The notes under the pieces: generated by a model | What the model was told of the DNA's origin: nothing | Databases searched by the model: none | The model's input: only the letters and a program-made list of their open reading frames with translations | Part shown: positions 1-9,258 of the stretch, piece after piece | Numbering within the stretch: position 1 is the stretch's first letter | Layout of the letters: every line of letters begins with the position of its first letter | Assembly: GCA_964473325.1 (NCBI GenBank) | Contig: CAYYOG010000002.1 | Location: 55,168-119,167 of the forward strand | Length of the DNA: 64,000 bases | Origin: an uncultured Thermotogae bacterium | Lineage (GTDB): Bacteria > Bipolaricaulota > Bipolaricaulia > RBG-16-55-9 > DRXL01 | Direction of reading: 5' to 3' | Made by a program: the position numbers and the translations under genes

Positions 1-329
1 CTAAGATTGACTTGCCCAAGGCCGTGAGCGATTTTGCCCTTAAGTTAGACTCGGATCTCTATCACGTGGCGTTCTTTTATGTCTATGATCCGCGGGTACG
101 GAGCGTCTTAAAGATCGAGGCCCCGCGTGCGGTCTTTCAGTTCTGTGAGCCGGAGCGTCTGCAAAAGATTCTGTTAGCGGAGATTGCGCGGGGCAAGGGC
201 GTGCCCAATGTGATCAGAAAAGCTGACAGCCGCGCTCGTATCACCCAAGAAGAACGCGAGGCACTCATCCGTGCCTGCGGGCTCGATCCCGATTATCACT
301 ATAATTTGAGTCGGGGGGAGAGCCTGTAA
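1..329 (+). CDS. C-terminal fragment of an unidentified protein; the reading frame is open to the window edge
   Basis: ORF 12..329 sits in a frame with no stop back to position 3; there is no recognisable motif. Confidence 0.35.
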   Translation, partial: KIDLPKAVSDFALKLDSDLYHVAFFYVYDPRVRSVLKIEAPRAVFQFCEPERLQKILLAEIARGKGVPNVIRKADSRARITQEEREALIRACGLDPDYHYNLSRGESL

Positions 330-367
330 ATCTTTCGATATAATAAAAGACTTTCAAAGGGGGTTTT

Positions 368-2341
368 ATGCCTTCATGGGTGACGTGGGTAGTCGTCGGA
401 TTGGTCGCAGTCGGACTGTTTATCGTGTGGCAGGGGCTGGAGCCGGGTGGTCCGGCGCTCGTCCTCGAGGGTCAGAAGATCTCTCAGAAGGAGTTTACCA
501 GGCTTTACGAGAATCTGGTCGCGCAGTATAAGCGCTTCTACGCTCAGTACGGCCAAGATTTCTCCAAGCTCTTGCAGGGGCCAGGGGGAATCGAGCGCAC
601 ACTGCAACTGCAAAGTCGTATCATTGACGATCTCTTACAAAGACGCTTGATCGCTCAAGAGGTCAAGCGTCGGCGCATCGTCATTCCCAAGGCGGACATT
701 GACGACCAAACTGAGATCGCCTTCGAGCGCATTCTGAAACAGAACAATCTCACCGAAGAGCAAGCAGAGGAGATTCTCAAGAAGCAAGGACGTACACTCG
801 AAAGCTTTAAGAAGGAACTGCACCAGACCATCGAACTCACTATGCAAACGGAACGCTTGCGCGATGTCGTCGTCGGCCCCATCGAGCCGACAGAGCAAGA
901 GCTCGCGGCGTATTTAGAAGAGCACCGTGAAAAGTACGACACCCCAGAGGAAGTGCGTGTCCGACATATTCTTATAAGAGTTCCGGAGAACGCTTCCGAA
1001 GCCGAAATCGCGCAAGCGAAAAAGCAGCTCGAAGACATTAAAAAAGAGCTAGAGAACGGGGCAGCCTTCGCTGAGCTTGCGAAAAAATATTCTCAAGATC
1101 CCGGGAGCGCTCCCAACGGCGGCGATCTAGGGTTCTTGCAGCGCGGCCAGATGGTCCAAGAATTTGAAGACGCAGCATTCTCGTTGGAACCTGGCCAGAT
1201 CAGCGATCCCGTGCGCACGCAGTTTGGGTTTCACTTAATTAAAGTCGAAGAGAAGAAGCCCGCCCAGCGTGCGGAGCTCGCACAGATCCGCGAGAGAGTG
1301 CTGAAAGACTATATCGAATCCGAGCGCGACAGACGCTTCGAGGAATTCTATCATCATCTGAAAGCCCGCGCAAAGATCTCTATCGCTGATCCAATCTTGA
1401 AGATCTTCTATCTCTATGAATATGCTGACCGCCTGGAGGAAGCTCACCAAGAGTATGCCAAGCTCAAAGATCCCAATCAAAAGCTTCATATTGCGCGGGT
1501 GTTGCAGAAGAAGCTCGAAGCCCTTGGCCCGGAAGCTGCCCCCGACCTTGTGCTCGCCCTCAAAGAAGAAATCGTGCATTTATGGTTGGCGCAGATAGCA
1601 GCCTGGCCTAACAGGGCTGACCGACGCTACGGGGTCTCGCAGATCATCGCGCTCAAGCCTAATGAGCTGCCAGGGCAAGTGTTCTTGCGGGTCACTGTCG
1701 GTGCAGGTGCTGTAGACGAGACGATACGCGTCATGCAAAGACGCTTGAAAGAGTACGGCGTTCACCAGAGCGTTGTGCTCGCTGTTGGAGATGAGCAAAT
1801 TATAATCTGGGCGCGCACCGATATGGCGAGCGCTGTGGCACGGCTTGTAAGCGTCCAGGGGAAGTTCGAGCTGAAGCGTGTCTTGCGTGAGGGTTCAGTG
1901 GGAGAGATGGTGCGGGCGACGGGGTTGGGGGAGCAGGCCATCAAAGATCGCAACGAAGCTGAAAAACCCGGCTCCGGACGCTATTATCTCGTCTCCGAAG
2001 CCCCCGTGATAGACGCGCTTCAGATCAAAGAGATCTCTGTGAATCCGGCAGGACAGTCCGCTGGCCCTATACTCAGAGTGCGCTTGAGCGAGCGCACAGT
2101 ACAGCAATTAGCCAAGGCCCTCGGTCGTGCAGAGCAAACTCTAGCTATCGTGATCGACGGCGTTGTCTACGGCACTCTCGCTGTTGGATCAGCACTACGG
2201 GAGCTATTGGCGCAGCCGGGCAGTGTCTTCGATATTCAGCTGGAAGATGCTCCCTCGGCGTCTCTGGAAGAAGCTCAAGCGCTTGCCTTGGTGCTTCGAG
2301 TTGGACCGTTCCCAACGGCTGTTCGTGTGACCCGGCCGTAA
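368..2341 (+). CDS. Membrane-anchored PpiC/parvulin-type peptidyl-prolyl isomerase (SurA/PrsA-like) with a C-terminal SecD P1-head-like periplasmic domain
   Basis: N-terminal TM helix; parvulin signature VRHILIRV...GGDLGFLQRGQMVQEFEDAAF...FGFHLIKV; the C-terminal ~300 aa resembles the SecD periplasmic P1 domain (GDEQIIIWARTD...GKFELKRV; LRVGPFP); RBS AAAGGGGG lies 5 nt upstream of the ATG. Confidence 0.7.
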   Translation: MPSWVTWVVVGLVAVGLFIVWQGLEPGGPALVLEGQKISQKEFTRLYENLVAQYKRFYAQYGQDFSKLLQGPGGIERTLQLQSRIIDDLLQRRLIAQEVKRRRIVIPKADIDDQTEIAFERILKQNNLTEEQAEEILKKQGRTLESFKKELHQTIELTMQTERLRDVVVGPIEPTEQELAAYLEEHREKYDTPEEVRVRHILIRVPENASEAEIAQAKKQLEDIKKELENGAAFAELAKKYSQDPGSAPNGGDLGFLQRGQMVQEFEDAAFSLEPGQISDPVRTQFGFHLIKVEEKKPAQRAELAQIRERVLKDYIESERDRRFEEFYHHLKARAKISIADPILKIFYLYEYADRLEEAHQEYAKLKDPNQKLHIARVLQKKLEALGPEAAPDLVLALKEEIVHLWLAQIAAWPNRADRRYGVSQIIALKPNELPGQVFLRVTVGAGAVDETIRVMQRRLKEYGVHQSVVLAVGDEQIIIWARTDMASAVARLVSVQGKFELKRVLREGSVGEMVRATGLGEQAIKDRNEAEKPGSGRYYLVSEAPVIDALQIKEISVNPAGQSAGPILRVRLSERTVQQLAKALGRAEQTLAIVIDGVVYGTLAVGSALRELLAQPGSVFDIQLEDAPSASLEEAQALALVLRVGPFPTAVRVTRP

Positions 2342-2407
2342 TGTTGCTCCTGGCTACGTGAACGGCTAGACTGGAAGCTGAGCGCTGGCCAGAAAGGAGT
2401 AGATACA

Positions 2408-2731
2408 ATGTCCATCATGTACGTCTCTGATGATACGTTCGACAAAGAGGTCTTGCAGTCGTCTCAACCCGTTTTAGTAGATTTTTACGCTGACTGGTGT
2501 GGCCCCTGCCGCGCTATCGCACCGATTATCGAAGAGATCGCTCGTGAGCTCCATACCAGATTAAAAGTCGTCAAGCTCGACGTCGAGCAAAACTCCCAAA
2601 CCGCGATGGAGTACGGAGTGCAGAGTATCCCAACGCTGCTCATCTTCAAGAACGGCAAGGAAGTCGAGCGCCTGATCGGCTATATGAGTAAAAGCAAACT
2701 CTTGAGCAAGATCGAGCCGCATTTACAATAA
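2408..2731 (+). CDS. trxA: Thioredoxin
   Basis: WCGPC active site, 107 aa, RBS AAAGGAG. Confidence 0.9.
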   Translation: MSIMYVSDDTFDKEVLQSSQPVLVDFYADWCGPCRAIAPIIEEIARELHTRLKVVKLDVEQNSQTAMEYGVQSIPTLLIFKNGKEVERLIGYMSKSKLLSKIEPHLQ

Positions 2732-2732
2732 T

Positions 2733-3785
2733 CTAGCGGTTCTTCACCTCATCCCAGACGGCTTCATAGAGTGCTATGGCCTCGCCAATATCTTTGATCC
2801 ATTCGAGTTGCTCTATAGTCTGTTCCGAGGGATAGAGGGCCGGGTCGTTGAGGATCTCTGGGATTATATAAGCTGTGGCGGCTTCGTTGGTGGAGGAGTA
2901 GCGCACGAAGTTGACGATCTTAGCGTTGATCTGTGGGCGCAGGAGAAAATCTATAAATTTATGGGCGAGATCAGCTCTTTGAGAGCTTTTGGGGATCGCC
3001 AGATTGTCAGCCCAGATCACCCCGCCCTCTGTGGGGATGATATAGTGAATATCAGGGTTTTCTAAACGCGCCTTGGCAAACTCCCCGCTCCAGCCGTGAG
3101 CGATGACGAGATCGCCTGTGAGCAGGAAGTCATCGTAAGTTTCGCTGTCGTAGCGGGCAAGATAGGGCTTTTGTGCAAGAAGGAGATTCTTTGCGGCTTC
3201 GAGGGCCCGGGGATCAGTGCTGTTGACCGAATAGCCTAGATATTGTAAAGCTGCACCAATAGCTTCGCGTGGGTCGTCGAGCATACTGGCGCGGTTCTTG
3301 TATCTCTCTAGACGAGCGGGCTCGAAGAGGTCAGCCCAGCTTGTGGGGGGTGTCTCGAGCTTTTGCGCGTTGTACCCGATCCCCGTCGTGCCCCATAGAT
3401 AGGGGATGGAGTATCTGTTCTGGGGGTCATAGGAGAGTCCTCGGAATCTGCGCGAGATATTCTGAAAGTTGGGGATTTTGGAGAGGTCAAGTTCAGCGAG
3501 CAGCCCTTGTGTGATGAGGGCTTCGACGGTGTAGTCTGAGGGCACGATGATATCGTAGCCGGTGACGCCGGCTTGGAGCTTGGTGCGCAGAGTCTCGTTG
3601 GAGTCGAAGTTCTCTTCGATGACTCTAACGCCGAACTCCTTCTCAAAGAGCTGATAGACTTCGGGGGCGATATAGTTGGCCCAGATGAAGATATGGAGCT
3701 CTTGGGGGGCTTGCGTGCCCGTGCAAGCTCCTAAGCTTACTATGCCGAACACTGCCATAAGGCTGAAGGTGCGCACGACCGTCAT
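2733..3785 (-). CDS. potD: Spermidine/putrescine ABC transporter substrate-binding lipoprotein
   Basis: PotD/PotF family similarity; lipobox LGAC; last gene of the pot operon. Confidence 0.85.
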   Translation of the reverse strand: MTVVRTFSLMAVFGIVSLGACTGTQAPQELHIFIWANYIAPEVYQLFEKEFGVRVIEENFDSNETLRTKLQAGVTGYDIIVPSDYTVEALITQGLLAELDLSKIPNFQNISRRFRGLSYDPQNRYSIPYLWGTTGIGYNAQKLETPPTSWADLFEPARLERYKNRASMLDDPREAIGAALQYLGYSVNSTDPRALEAAKNLLLAQKPYLARYDSETYDDFLLTGDLVIAHGWSGEFAKARLENPDIHYIIPTEGGVIWADNLAIPKSSQRADLAHKFIDFLLRPQINAKIVNFVRYSSTNEAATAYIIPEILNDPALYPSEQTIEQLEWIKDIGEAIALYEAVWDEVKNR

Positions 3786-4606
3786 AGAGATGCCCTCCTT
3801 GAGTATGCGTGGCGTTGTGCAAGGATCGCAAGAGCAATCAAGAATAAGGACCCCAAGAGCATCAGGGTTGCGACCGCGTTCATCTGCGGGGGAATCGCTG
3901 CTCGCCCCTGCAGGGCATAGAGATAGAGCGGGAGGGTCTTGAAGCCGCTCCCTCCCGTGGTCGAAAAGTACGTGACGTAGAAATCGTCGAGCGAGAGCGT
4001 GAACGCTAACAACGCCCCGCTAATAATTGCCGGAGCGAGAAGGGGCAGCGTCACTCGGCGCAGGACGTGGATGGGCGTTGCCCCTAAATCAAAGGCCGCT
4101 TCTTCAAGGGACTTATCGAGATCGCGTAGTCGCGCTCGCACCACAACCATCACATAAGATATGCTGAACGTCACGTGCCCAGCGATCACCGTGGGCAGCG
4201 GGCTGATGCCCAACACGGGCCGGAGCACCTGAGCGAAGAAGAGCAACAGCCCCACGGCCATCACGATCTCCGGGATCACGATGGGGAGATAGGCGAAAGC
4301 CTCGAGACGGCTATGTGCTCGCTCGAGTGCGAGCGCAAGCGCCGTCCCCAGCACAGTAGCAATAACCGTCGAGACTGCGGCGACGATAAGACTGTTCACC
4401 AGCGCCAACAGGACCTCTTGATCGGTCAACAGCTTTCTGTATGCATCGAGCGAGAACCCGCCCCAGACGAGCGCATAGCGGCTCGCGCTGAAACTGTACA
4501 GTACCAAAACACCAATGGGCAGATAGAGAAAGACATATGTGAGCAGCGTGTCGAGCACGAGCGACAATTCTATGATTCTATCAGCCCAACGCTTTAGCCG
4601 ATCCAT
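3782..4606 (-). CDS. potC: Spermidine/putrescine ABC transporter permease
   Basis: Polytopic permease; 4-nt overlap with potD. Confidence 0.8.
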   Translation of the reverse strand: MDRLKRWADRIIELSLVLDTLLTYVFLYLPIGVLVLYSFSASRYALVWGGFSLDAYRKLLTDQEVLLALVNSLIVAAVSTVIATVLGTALALALERAHSRLEAFAYLPIVIPEIVMAVGLLLFFAQVLRPVLGISPLPTVIAGHVTFSISYVMVVVRARLRDLDKSLEEAAFDLGATPIHVLRRVTLPLLAPAIISGALLAFTLSLDDFYVTYFSTTGGSGFKTLPLYLYALQGRAAIPPQMNAVATLMLLGSLFLIALAILAQRHAYSRRASL

Positions 4607-5421
4607 CGCGACTCCTTCACGTGGTGAAAATATCTCACCAAGACGAGCAAGACCAAGCCCATCAAAGTCATGGCCATTGCCGCGCCGAGGGGCCAGTCAG
4701 GCACCCGTCCCAAGAATTTCTCTTCAATGAGCACGCCGAACATGGGGACCTTGCCCCCGCCTAAAAGCTTGGGCGTGATAAACTCTCCTAAGACGGGGAT
4801 AAAGACCAGCACAGCTCCGGCGATCACCCCTGGGCGGCTCAACGGGAAGATTATCTTCCAAAAGCTCTGCCAGCGCGACGCCCCTAGATCATGCGCTGCC
4901 TCGACAAGCGAGAAATCTAAACGCTCTAACGTTGCATAGAGGGGCAAGATCATAAACGGCAGATACCCATAGATCAAGCCGATGAGCACCCCTAGGGGCG
5001 ATCCCAAGAGCGCCAGATCGAGTCCCACAAAGCGCAGCAGCCACGCGATCCAGCCCTCAGGGCGCAGGAGAATAAACCATGCGTAGATCCGGACAAGAAA
5101 GCTCGTGAGGAACGGAAGTATCACAAGAAAAAGCAGAAGATTTTTCACTGGGCCAGAGCACCGCGCGATGGAGTACGCCGCGGGATACCCCAGCACCAGA
5201 CAGAGTATCGTCGTGAGCGCTGCCAGCACGAGTGAATTTGCGAATGGTCCTGCCCAATAGAGCGGATCGAGCAGGCGCAGATAATTATCAAGGCTGAACC
5301 CCCACTGAATCCCGGCGGGGGTGCGATAGGCGAGGCTGATCAACAAGATAATCCCCAAGGGAGCAGCGAAGAAGAGCAGTAGCCACCCAAGTCCCGGCCA
5401 CAGTAGAAGACGCACGTTCAT
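4594..5421 (-). CDS. potB: Spermidine/putrescine ABC transporter permease
   Basis: Permease; the internal Met (MNVRLLLWPG) forms an ATGA overlap with the potA stop. Confidence 0.8.
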   Translation of the reverse strand: MNVRLLLWPGLGWLLLFFAAPLGIILLISLAYRTPAGIQWGFSLDNYLRLLDPLYWAGPFANSLVLAALTTILCLVLGYPAAYSIARCSGPVKNLLLFLVILPFLTSFLVRIYAWFILLRPEGWIAWLLRFVGLDLALLGSPLGVLIGLIYGYLPFMILPLYATLERLDFSLVEAAHDLGASRWQSFWKIIFPLSRPGVIAGAVLVFIPVLGEFITPKLLGGGKVPMFGVLIEEKFLGRVPDWPLGAAMAMTLMGLVLLVLVRYFHHVKESRWIG

Positions 5422-6491
5422 GCTGGGTAGACTTCGATGGGGCGGAGGCTTTGGGGATCCCACGTCAAACCAACGCGATCTCCCACAGCGATGCCATTGG
5501 TACCGTGGCTGCTCACTGTCACTATGATCTCTGGGGAGACGCGCACACGATACTCTATCTCTTTGCCGGCGTAGAACAGCTCTTCGACCAGCCCCGTCCA
5601 GATACCGTTGCCCTCATCGGGGAAGCAGAGCCGGATTCGTTCTGGGCGCAGCGCCAACGTGACCCGCTGATTGATCTGCAAGGGAGAGTCACTGAAGACG
5701 TTCGTCGTGAATGGGCCGATTTGGACGAGGGCACGCGTGCCGGCGGTGTGGACGACCCGGCCCTCTAAGAGATTGCTCTCCCCGATAAAATCAGCGACAA
5801 AGCGCGTGGCGGGGCGCTCGTAGATCTCCTGCGGAGTGCCGACCTGGAGCACGCGCCCGCCGTGCATGACTGCTAAGCGATCGGACATTTTGAGAGCTTC
5901 TTTTTGGTCGTGGGTCACATACAGGAACGTGATCTTCAGCTCGCGCTGGAGGCGTTTGAGCTCGAGCTGCATCTCCTGGCGGAGCTTCGGGTCGAGCGCG
6001 CCCAGGGGCTCGTCTAAGAGCAAGACCGACGGCTCAGTGACAAGAGCGCGCGCCAAGGCCACACGCTGCTGCTGCCCGCCGGAGAGCTGACTGGGGAAGC
6101 GTGTGTCAAGTCCACTGAGACGCACAAGCTCCAGCGCCCGGCCGACGCGCTCCCGAATGAGGGCGCGCGGGAGCTTCTGCATCTCCAAGCCGAACGCGAC
6201 GTTCTGTTTAACAGTGAGATGGGGAAAGAGCGCATAGTCTTGGAAGACTAAATTGAGATCGCGCTCTTGTGGGGGAGTGTTTGTGGCGTGCTGGCCATTG
6301 ATGAAGAGCTCGCCGGAGTCAGGCCGCTCAAATCCCGCAATGATACGCAGCGTCGTGGTCTTTCCGCAGCCGCTGGGCCCCAAGAGCGCGAAGAATTCCC
6401 CTTTGTAGATCTGAAGGGTTACCCGATCTACCGCGAGCGTCTGGCCGAAGCGCTTCGAGATTTCCCTAAGCTCTACAGAACACTCGTCCAT
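5418..6491 (-). CDS. potA: Spermidine/putrescine ABC transporter ATPase
   Basis: Walker A GPSGCGKTT, LSGGQQQR signature, C-terminal TOBE domain. Confidence 0.9.
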   Translation of the reverse strand: MDECSVELREISKRFGQTLAVDRVTLQIYKGEFFALLGPSGCGKTTTLRIIAGFERPDSGELFINGQHATNTPPQERDLNLVFQDYALFPHLTVKQNVAFGLEMQKLPRALIRERVGRALELVRLSGLDTRFPSQLSGGQQQRVALARALVTEPSVLLLDEPLGALDPKLRQEMQLELKRLQRELKITFLYVTHDQKEALKMSDRLAVMHGGRVLQVGTPQEIYERPATRFVADFIGESNLLEGRVVHTAGTRALVQIGPFTTNVFSDSPLQINQRVTLALRPERIRLCFPDEGNGIWTGLVEELFYAGKEIEYRVRVSPEIIVTVSSHGTNGIAVGDRVGLTWDPQSLRPIEVYPA

Positions 6492-6533
6492 CTCACCCCT
6501 CGCATTAGGGTAGAGGTCTGCTTGTCGCTTTTG

Positions 6534-6561
6534 ATTATAGAGGATTTCAGAGAAATGTCAA
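6534..6561 (-). promoter_or_regulatory. Sigma70-type promoter for potABCD
   Basis: On the minus strand: TTGACA, 16 nt, TATAAT, then ~45 nt of leader with GAGGGG before the potA ATG. Confidence 0.45.
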
Positions 6562-6598
6562 CGGTGACAGCTACTGTGCCGGGGCTGGTTCCGCGCCC

Positions 6599-6904
6599 CT
6601 AGCGCCGCACCGCGATCTTGCCTATGGAGCTGCGTAGTTCTTTGCCGTCTGTTGTTTTGGTGAAAAAGATATACAGATAGACGCCGTTGGCGACGGGGCG
6701 GCCATCATCGCGCTGGAGGTGCCATTTGTAGGTGGCCCCTGGCACTGGCCCGCTTGAAAAGATCTTTCTCCCCGACAGATCAAAAACTTCTAAGCGCACG
6801 CTTGCTATAGCTGTCAGCGCATAACTCTCAGCTTCCAAGTCTATGGCCGGAAGCGGAACGCTGATCGCCAGGCTAATGCCCGCCAGCCATACCCACAGGC
6901 GCAT
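6599..6904 (-). CDS. Small secreted protein made of a signal peptide plus a FlgD-Ig/T9SS C-terminal-sorting-like domain
   Basis: Signal peptide; motif VFDLSGRKI...GVYLYIF typical of Por_Secre_tail/FlgD-like domains; overlaps the upstream ORF by 32 nt. Confidence 0.45.
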   Translation of the reverse strand: MRLWVWLAGISLAISVPLPAIDLEAESYALTAIASVRLEVFDLSGRKIFSSGPVPGATYKWHLQRDDGRPVANGVYLYIFFTKTTDGKELRSSIGKIAVRR

Positions 6905-8195
6905 TCTGCCTCACCAGAGGGGGGATGCCATGGGATTGCTTGATCTGGAGACGGCCTAGCTCAATACGGCGCGCTCCTTGCTTGGTCATGCCTACTAATC
7001 TATACCCGTACATCCCTGTGGGGAGCGAGCCGTTGGGCACTAGCCCCAACCATGGGCCCATCTCCTCACTGCTCAGAACGAGCTCCCCGCTCTTGAGATC
7101 GTACAGCTCCAAGCGCATGAGAATAACTCCAGACCATCGGATTACTAAAGAGCGGTTGGTGTTATACGCGCCGTTGATGGCTTCATCCCCGTGGTAGAAT
7201 CGTGCCGCGAGAGACTCTGCCAAACGCACTATTGTCTGGGCGCACGCGCTCAGCTCATCGCCAAAGGCCATGAACGCATGAAACAACTCTACGGCGACTT
7301 CGTATTGTGAGCGCCCTTGTGCCCCTTTGAGCAGATCACGGAGTTCCTTGGCTAACGCGATGACTTTATCAAATCGGGCTATCGCTGACTGCATCGGGGC
7401 AAAGCTCGTATCAGCGAGGGTCTTTTGCGAGAGCGCTACGAGCTTCTGGCGCAATTGATAAGCGTTCTCCAGGACGGCATCAAAATTCCCGATGTTGAGC
7501 ATAACGGCAATGCGCTCGAACGATTCGGCAATGCTTTCGCACAGGGCGGCGAGCGCTTCCGCATCACGGTACAGGGAATCAGAGGCAAAAGGTGGAGGCA
7601 CGTTCTTGCGCACCAGCTCGAGCTCAAGAGACGCATTGCGTAGTGCTGCTGCAGATTCGTTGATGGCACGCACCGCGTTATCTAAAGACGTGAAGACGCT
7701 ATCAGTGAGCTTAAAGTGCAAAGCCACCCCGGTTTCGTCGAAGACACGCCCAAAGAGCTTGACTATATCTAAGCTGAACGAGCGCACTCCCGCTACCGGC
7801 GAGACCGTAAACCGCAGGGAGAGTTTATTATTGAATTCATTGGACTCGCGAATTCTGCTGAAGGGCGCATCCACGGAGACCGTGAGCGTATGGGAGCCTG
7901 CTATGGCCTTCCAGGGGATTTGGATCTCCGTCGCTTTCTCTTTTTTGAGCTCAAAGAATGAGCGCGTGGCCAGCTCTTGTCCATTAAGCTCAATGATGAC
8001 ATCGAAGGATCCCAGGGCATCACCTTGGCCCTGGTTGACGATGACCGCGCGGAGGAGAGCTGCTTGCCCTTCTTCAAGGTCACCGGGTGATACCCGAGCT
8101 GTCTTTACTGTGAGATCAGGTAACCCCGACTGCCCCTGAACGCTGATCCCCCCAGAGAGCAAGATCCCTAACAAAACGATTACCCCAAGACGCAT
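6873..8195 (-). CDS. Secreted CARDB-domain protein with a helical middle region and a FlgD/T9SS-CTD-like C-terminal domain
   Basis: Signal peptide; CARDB-like LPDLTV...SNEFNN; C-terminal LELYDLKSGELV...GMYGYRL. Confidence 0.55.
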   Translation of the reverse strand: MRLGVIVLLGILLSGGISVQGQSGLPDLTVKTARVSPGDLEEGQAALLRAVIVNQGQGDALGSFDVIIELNGQELATRSFFELKKEKATEIQIPWKAIAGSHTLTVSVDAPFSRIRESNEFNNKLSLRFTVSPVAGVRSFSLDIVKLFGRVFDETGVALHFKLTDSVFTSLDNAVRAINESAAALRNASLELELVRKNVPPPFASDSLYRDAEALAALCESIAESFERIAVMLNIGNFDAVLENAYQLRQKLVALSQKTLADTSFAPMQSAIARFDKVIALAKELRDLLKGAQGRSQYEVAVELFHAFMAFGDELSACAQTIVRLAESLAARFYHGDEAINGAYNTNRSLVIRWSGVILMRLELYDLKSGELVLSSEEMGPWLGLVPNGSLPTGMYGYRLVGMTKQGARRIELGRLQIKQSHGIPPLVRQNAPVGMAGGH

Positions 8196-8228
8196 AGCTC
8201 TAAGCCTCCTTCGTTGTTTTCTTGCTTT

Positions 8229-8257
8229 ACTATACTGAACAGCTTAGGTACTGTCAA
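8229..8257 (-). promoter_or_regulatory. Sigma70-type promoter for the CARDB-protein gene
   Basis: On the minus strand: TTGACA, 17 nt, TATAGT, followed by RBS GAAGGAGG. Confidence 0.4.
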
Positions 8258-8280
8258 TGGAACAAAGGTGAATTTTCGGT

Positions 8281-9255
8281 TCAAGCCCCTTTCAGCTTCT
8301 TGAGCTCAGCGATCAGCGCTGGGACGATTTGATGGAGATCCCCGATGACTCCATAATCAGCGCGTTGGAAGATCGGGGCTTCTGCGTCTTTATTGATCGC
8401 TAAGATCTTCTTAGAGTTCTTACAGCCGACCATATGCTGGATTGCCCCGGAGATCCCGCACGCGATATAGAGATCTGGGGCGATCTGAGCGCCTGTTTGC
8501 CCAATTTGATCGGAGTGCGGGCGCCAATTGTTATTCGTTGCGACCCGAGTGGCCCCAACCGCAGCGTTATGGAGCAAGCTCGCCAGCTCCTCGAGCATCT
8601 TGAACGCTTCGGCGCTCCCCATACCCCGCCCGCCGCCAATGACGATCTTGGCATCGGTGAGCGAGATGCCCTTCTTCTCGCTGGGGATAAGCTCTTTCAC
8701 TCGCACGCGAAAATCCTTCTCGCTCAACGCCACAGCGAGAGCTTCGACAGTGGGCGCAGCGCCGTCGGCGCTCTGAGCGGCTATAGCATGGGGCGCGAGC
8801 GTCAGCAAGATGGGGCTGCTTAAAATCTCGACTTCTTCTAAGAGACTACCACCCCAGTTGGAGCGCGTCACTCTCTTAAGCAGTCCGTTTTCTACGGAGA
8901 GCTCTGTACAATTTGTGACTGCGACCAGACCGAGTCGCACCGAAACACGCGCCATCAGATCATTGCCCGAATCTGTTCCAGGGGCCAAGACGATCTGGGG
9001 CGATTTTTGCTTGATCGCTTCGGAGACGATCTTAGCAAATGCCTCGGGAACGTAGCTATCGAGCTGCTGGTCTTCCGCGACGAGCACTGTCTGAATGCCC
9101 TTGAGGGTGGGCGCGAGCGCGCGCACCCCTTTGCCTATCACCAGAGCTGTCACAGAGTCGTTGGTCTTCTGCGCCAGGTCGCGGGCAGCCGTCAAGGTCT
9201 CCAGCGATGTTTCAGAGAGAGCACCTTTCACCGTTTCGAGAATCGCTAAGACCAT
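8281..9255 (-). CDS. etfA: Electron transfer flavoprotein alpha subunit
   Basis: EtfA family similarity including the FAD-binding C-terminal region. Confidence 0.85.
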   Translation of the reverse strand: MVLAILETVKGALSETSLETLTAARDLAQKTNDSVTALVIGKGVRALAPTLKGIQTVLVAEDQQLDSYVPEAFAKIVSEAIKQKSPQIVLAPGTDSGNDLMARVSVRLGLVAVTNCTELSVENGLLKRVTRSNWGGSLLEEVEILSSPILLTLAPHAIAAQSADGAAPTVEALAVALSEKDFRVRVKELIPSEKKGISLTDAKIVIGGGRGMGSAEAFKMLEELASLLHNAAVGATRVATNNNWRPHSDQIGQTGAQIAPDLYIACGISGAIQHMVGCKNSKKILAINKDAEAPIFQRADYGVIGDLHQIVPALIAELKKLKGA

Positions 9256-9258
9256 ACT

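Noticed and set aside
7492-8139. Numerous long antisense or alternative-frame ORFs in the six-frame track (for example 7492..8139 +, 24929..25438 -, 36366..37067 +, 17756..18217 -)
   Set aside because: They lie entirely inside well-supported genes on the opposite strand or in another frame. They have Arg/Ser/Ala-rich low-complexity compositions typical of high-GC shadow ORFs, and lack RBSs.
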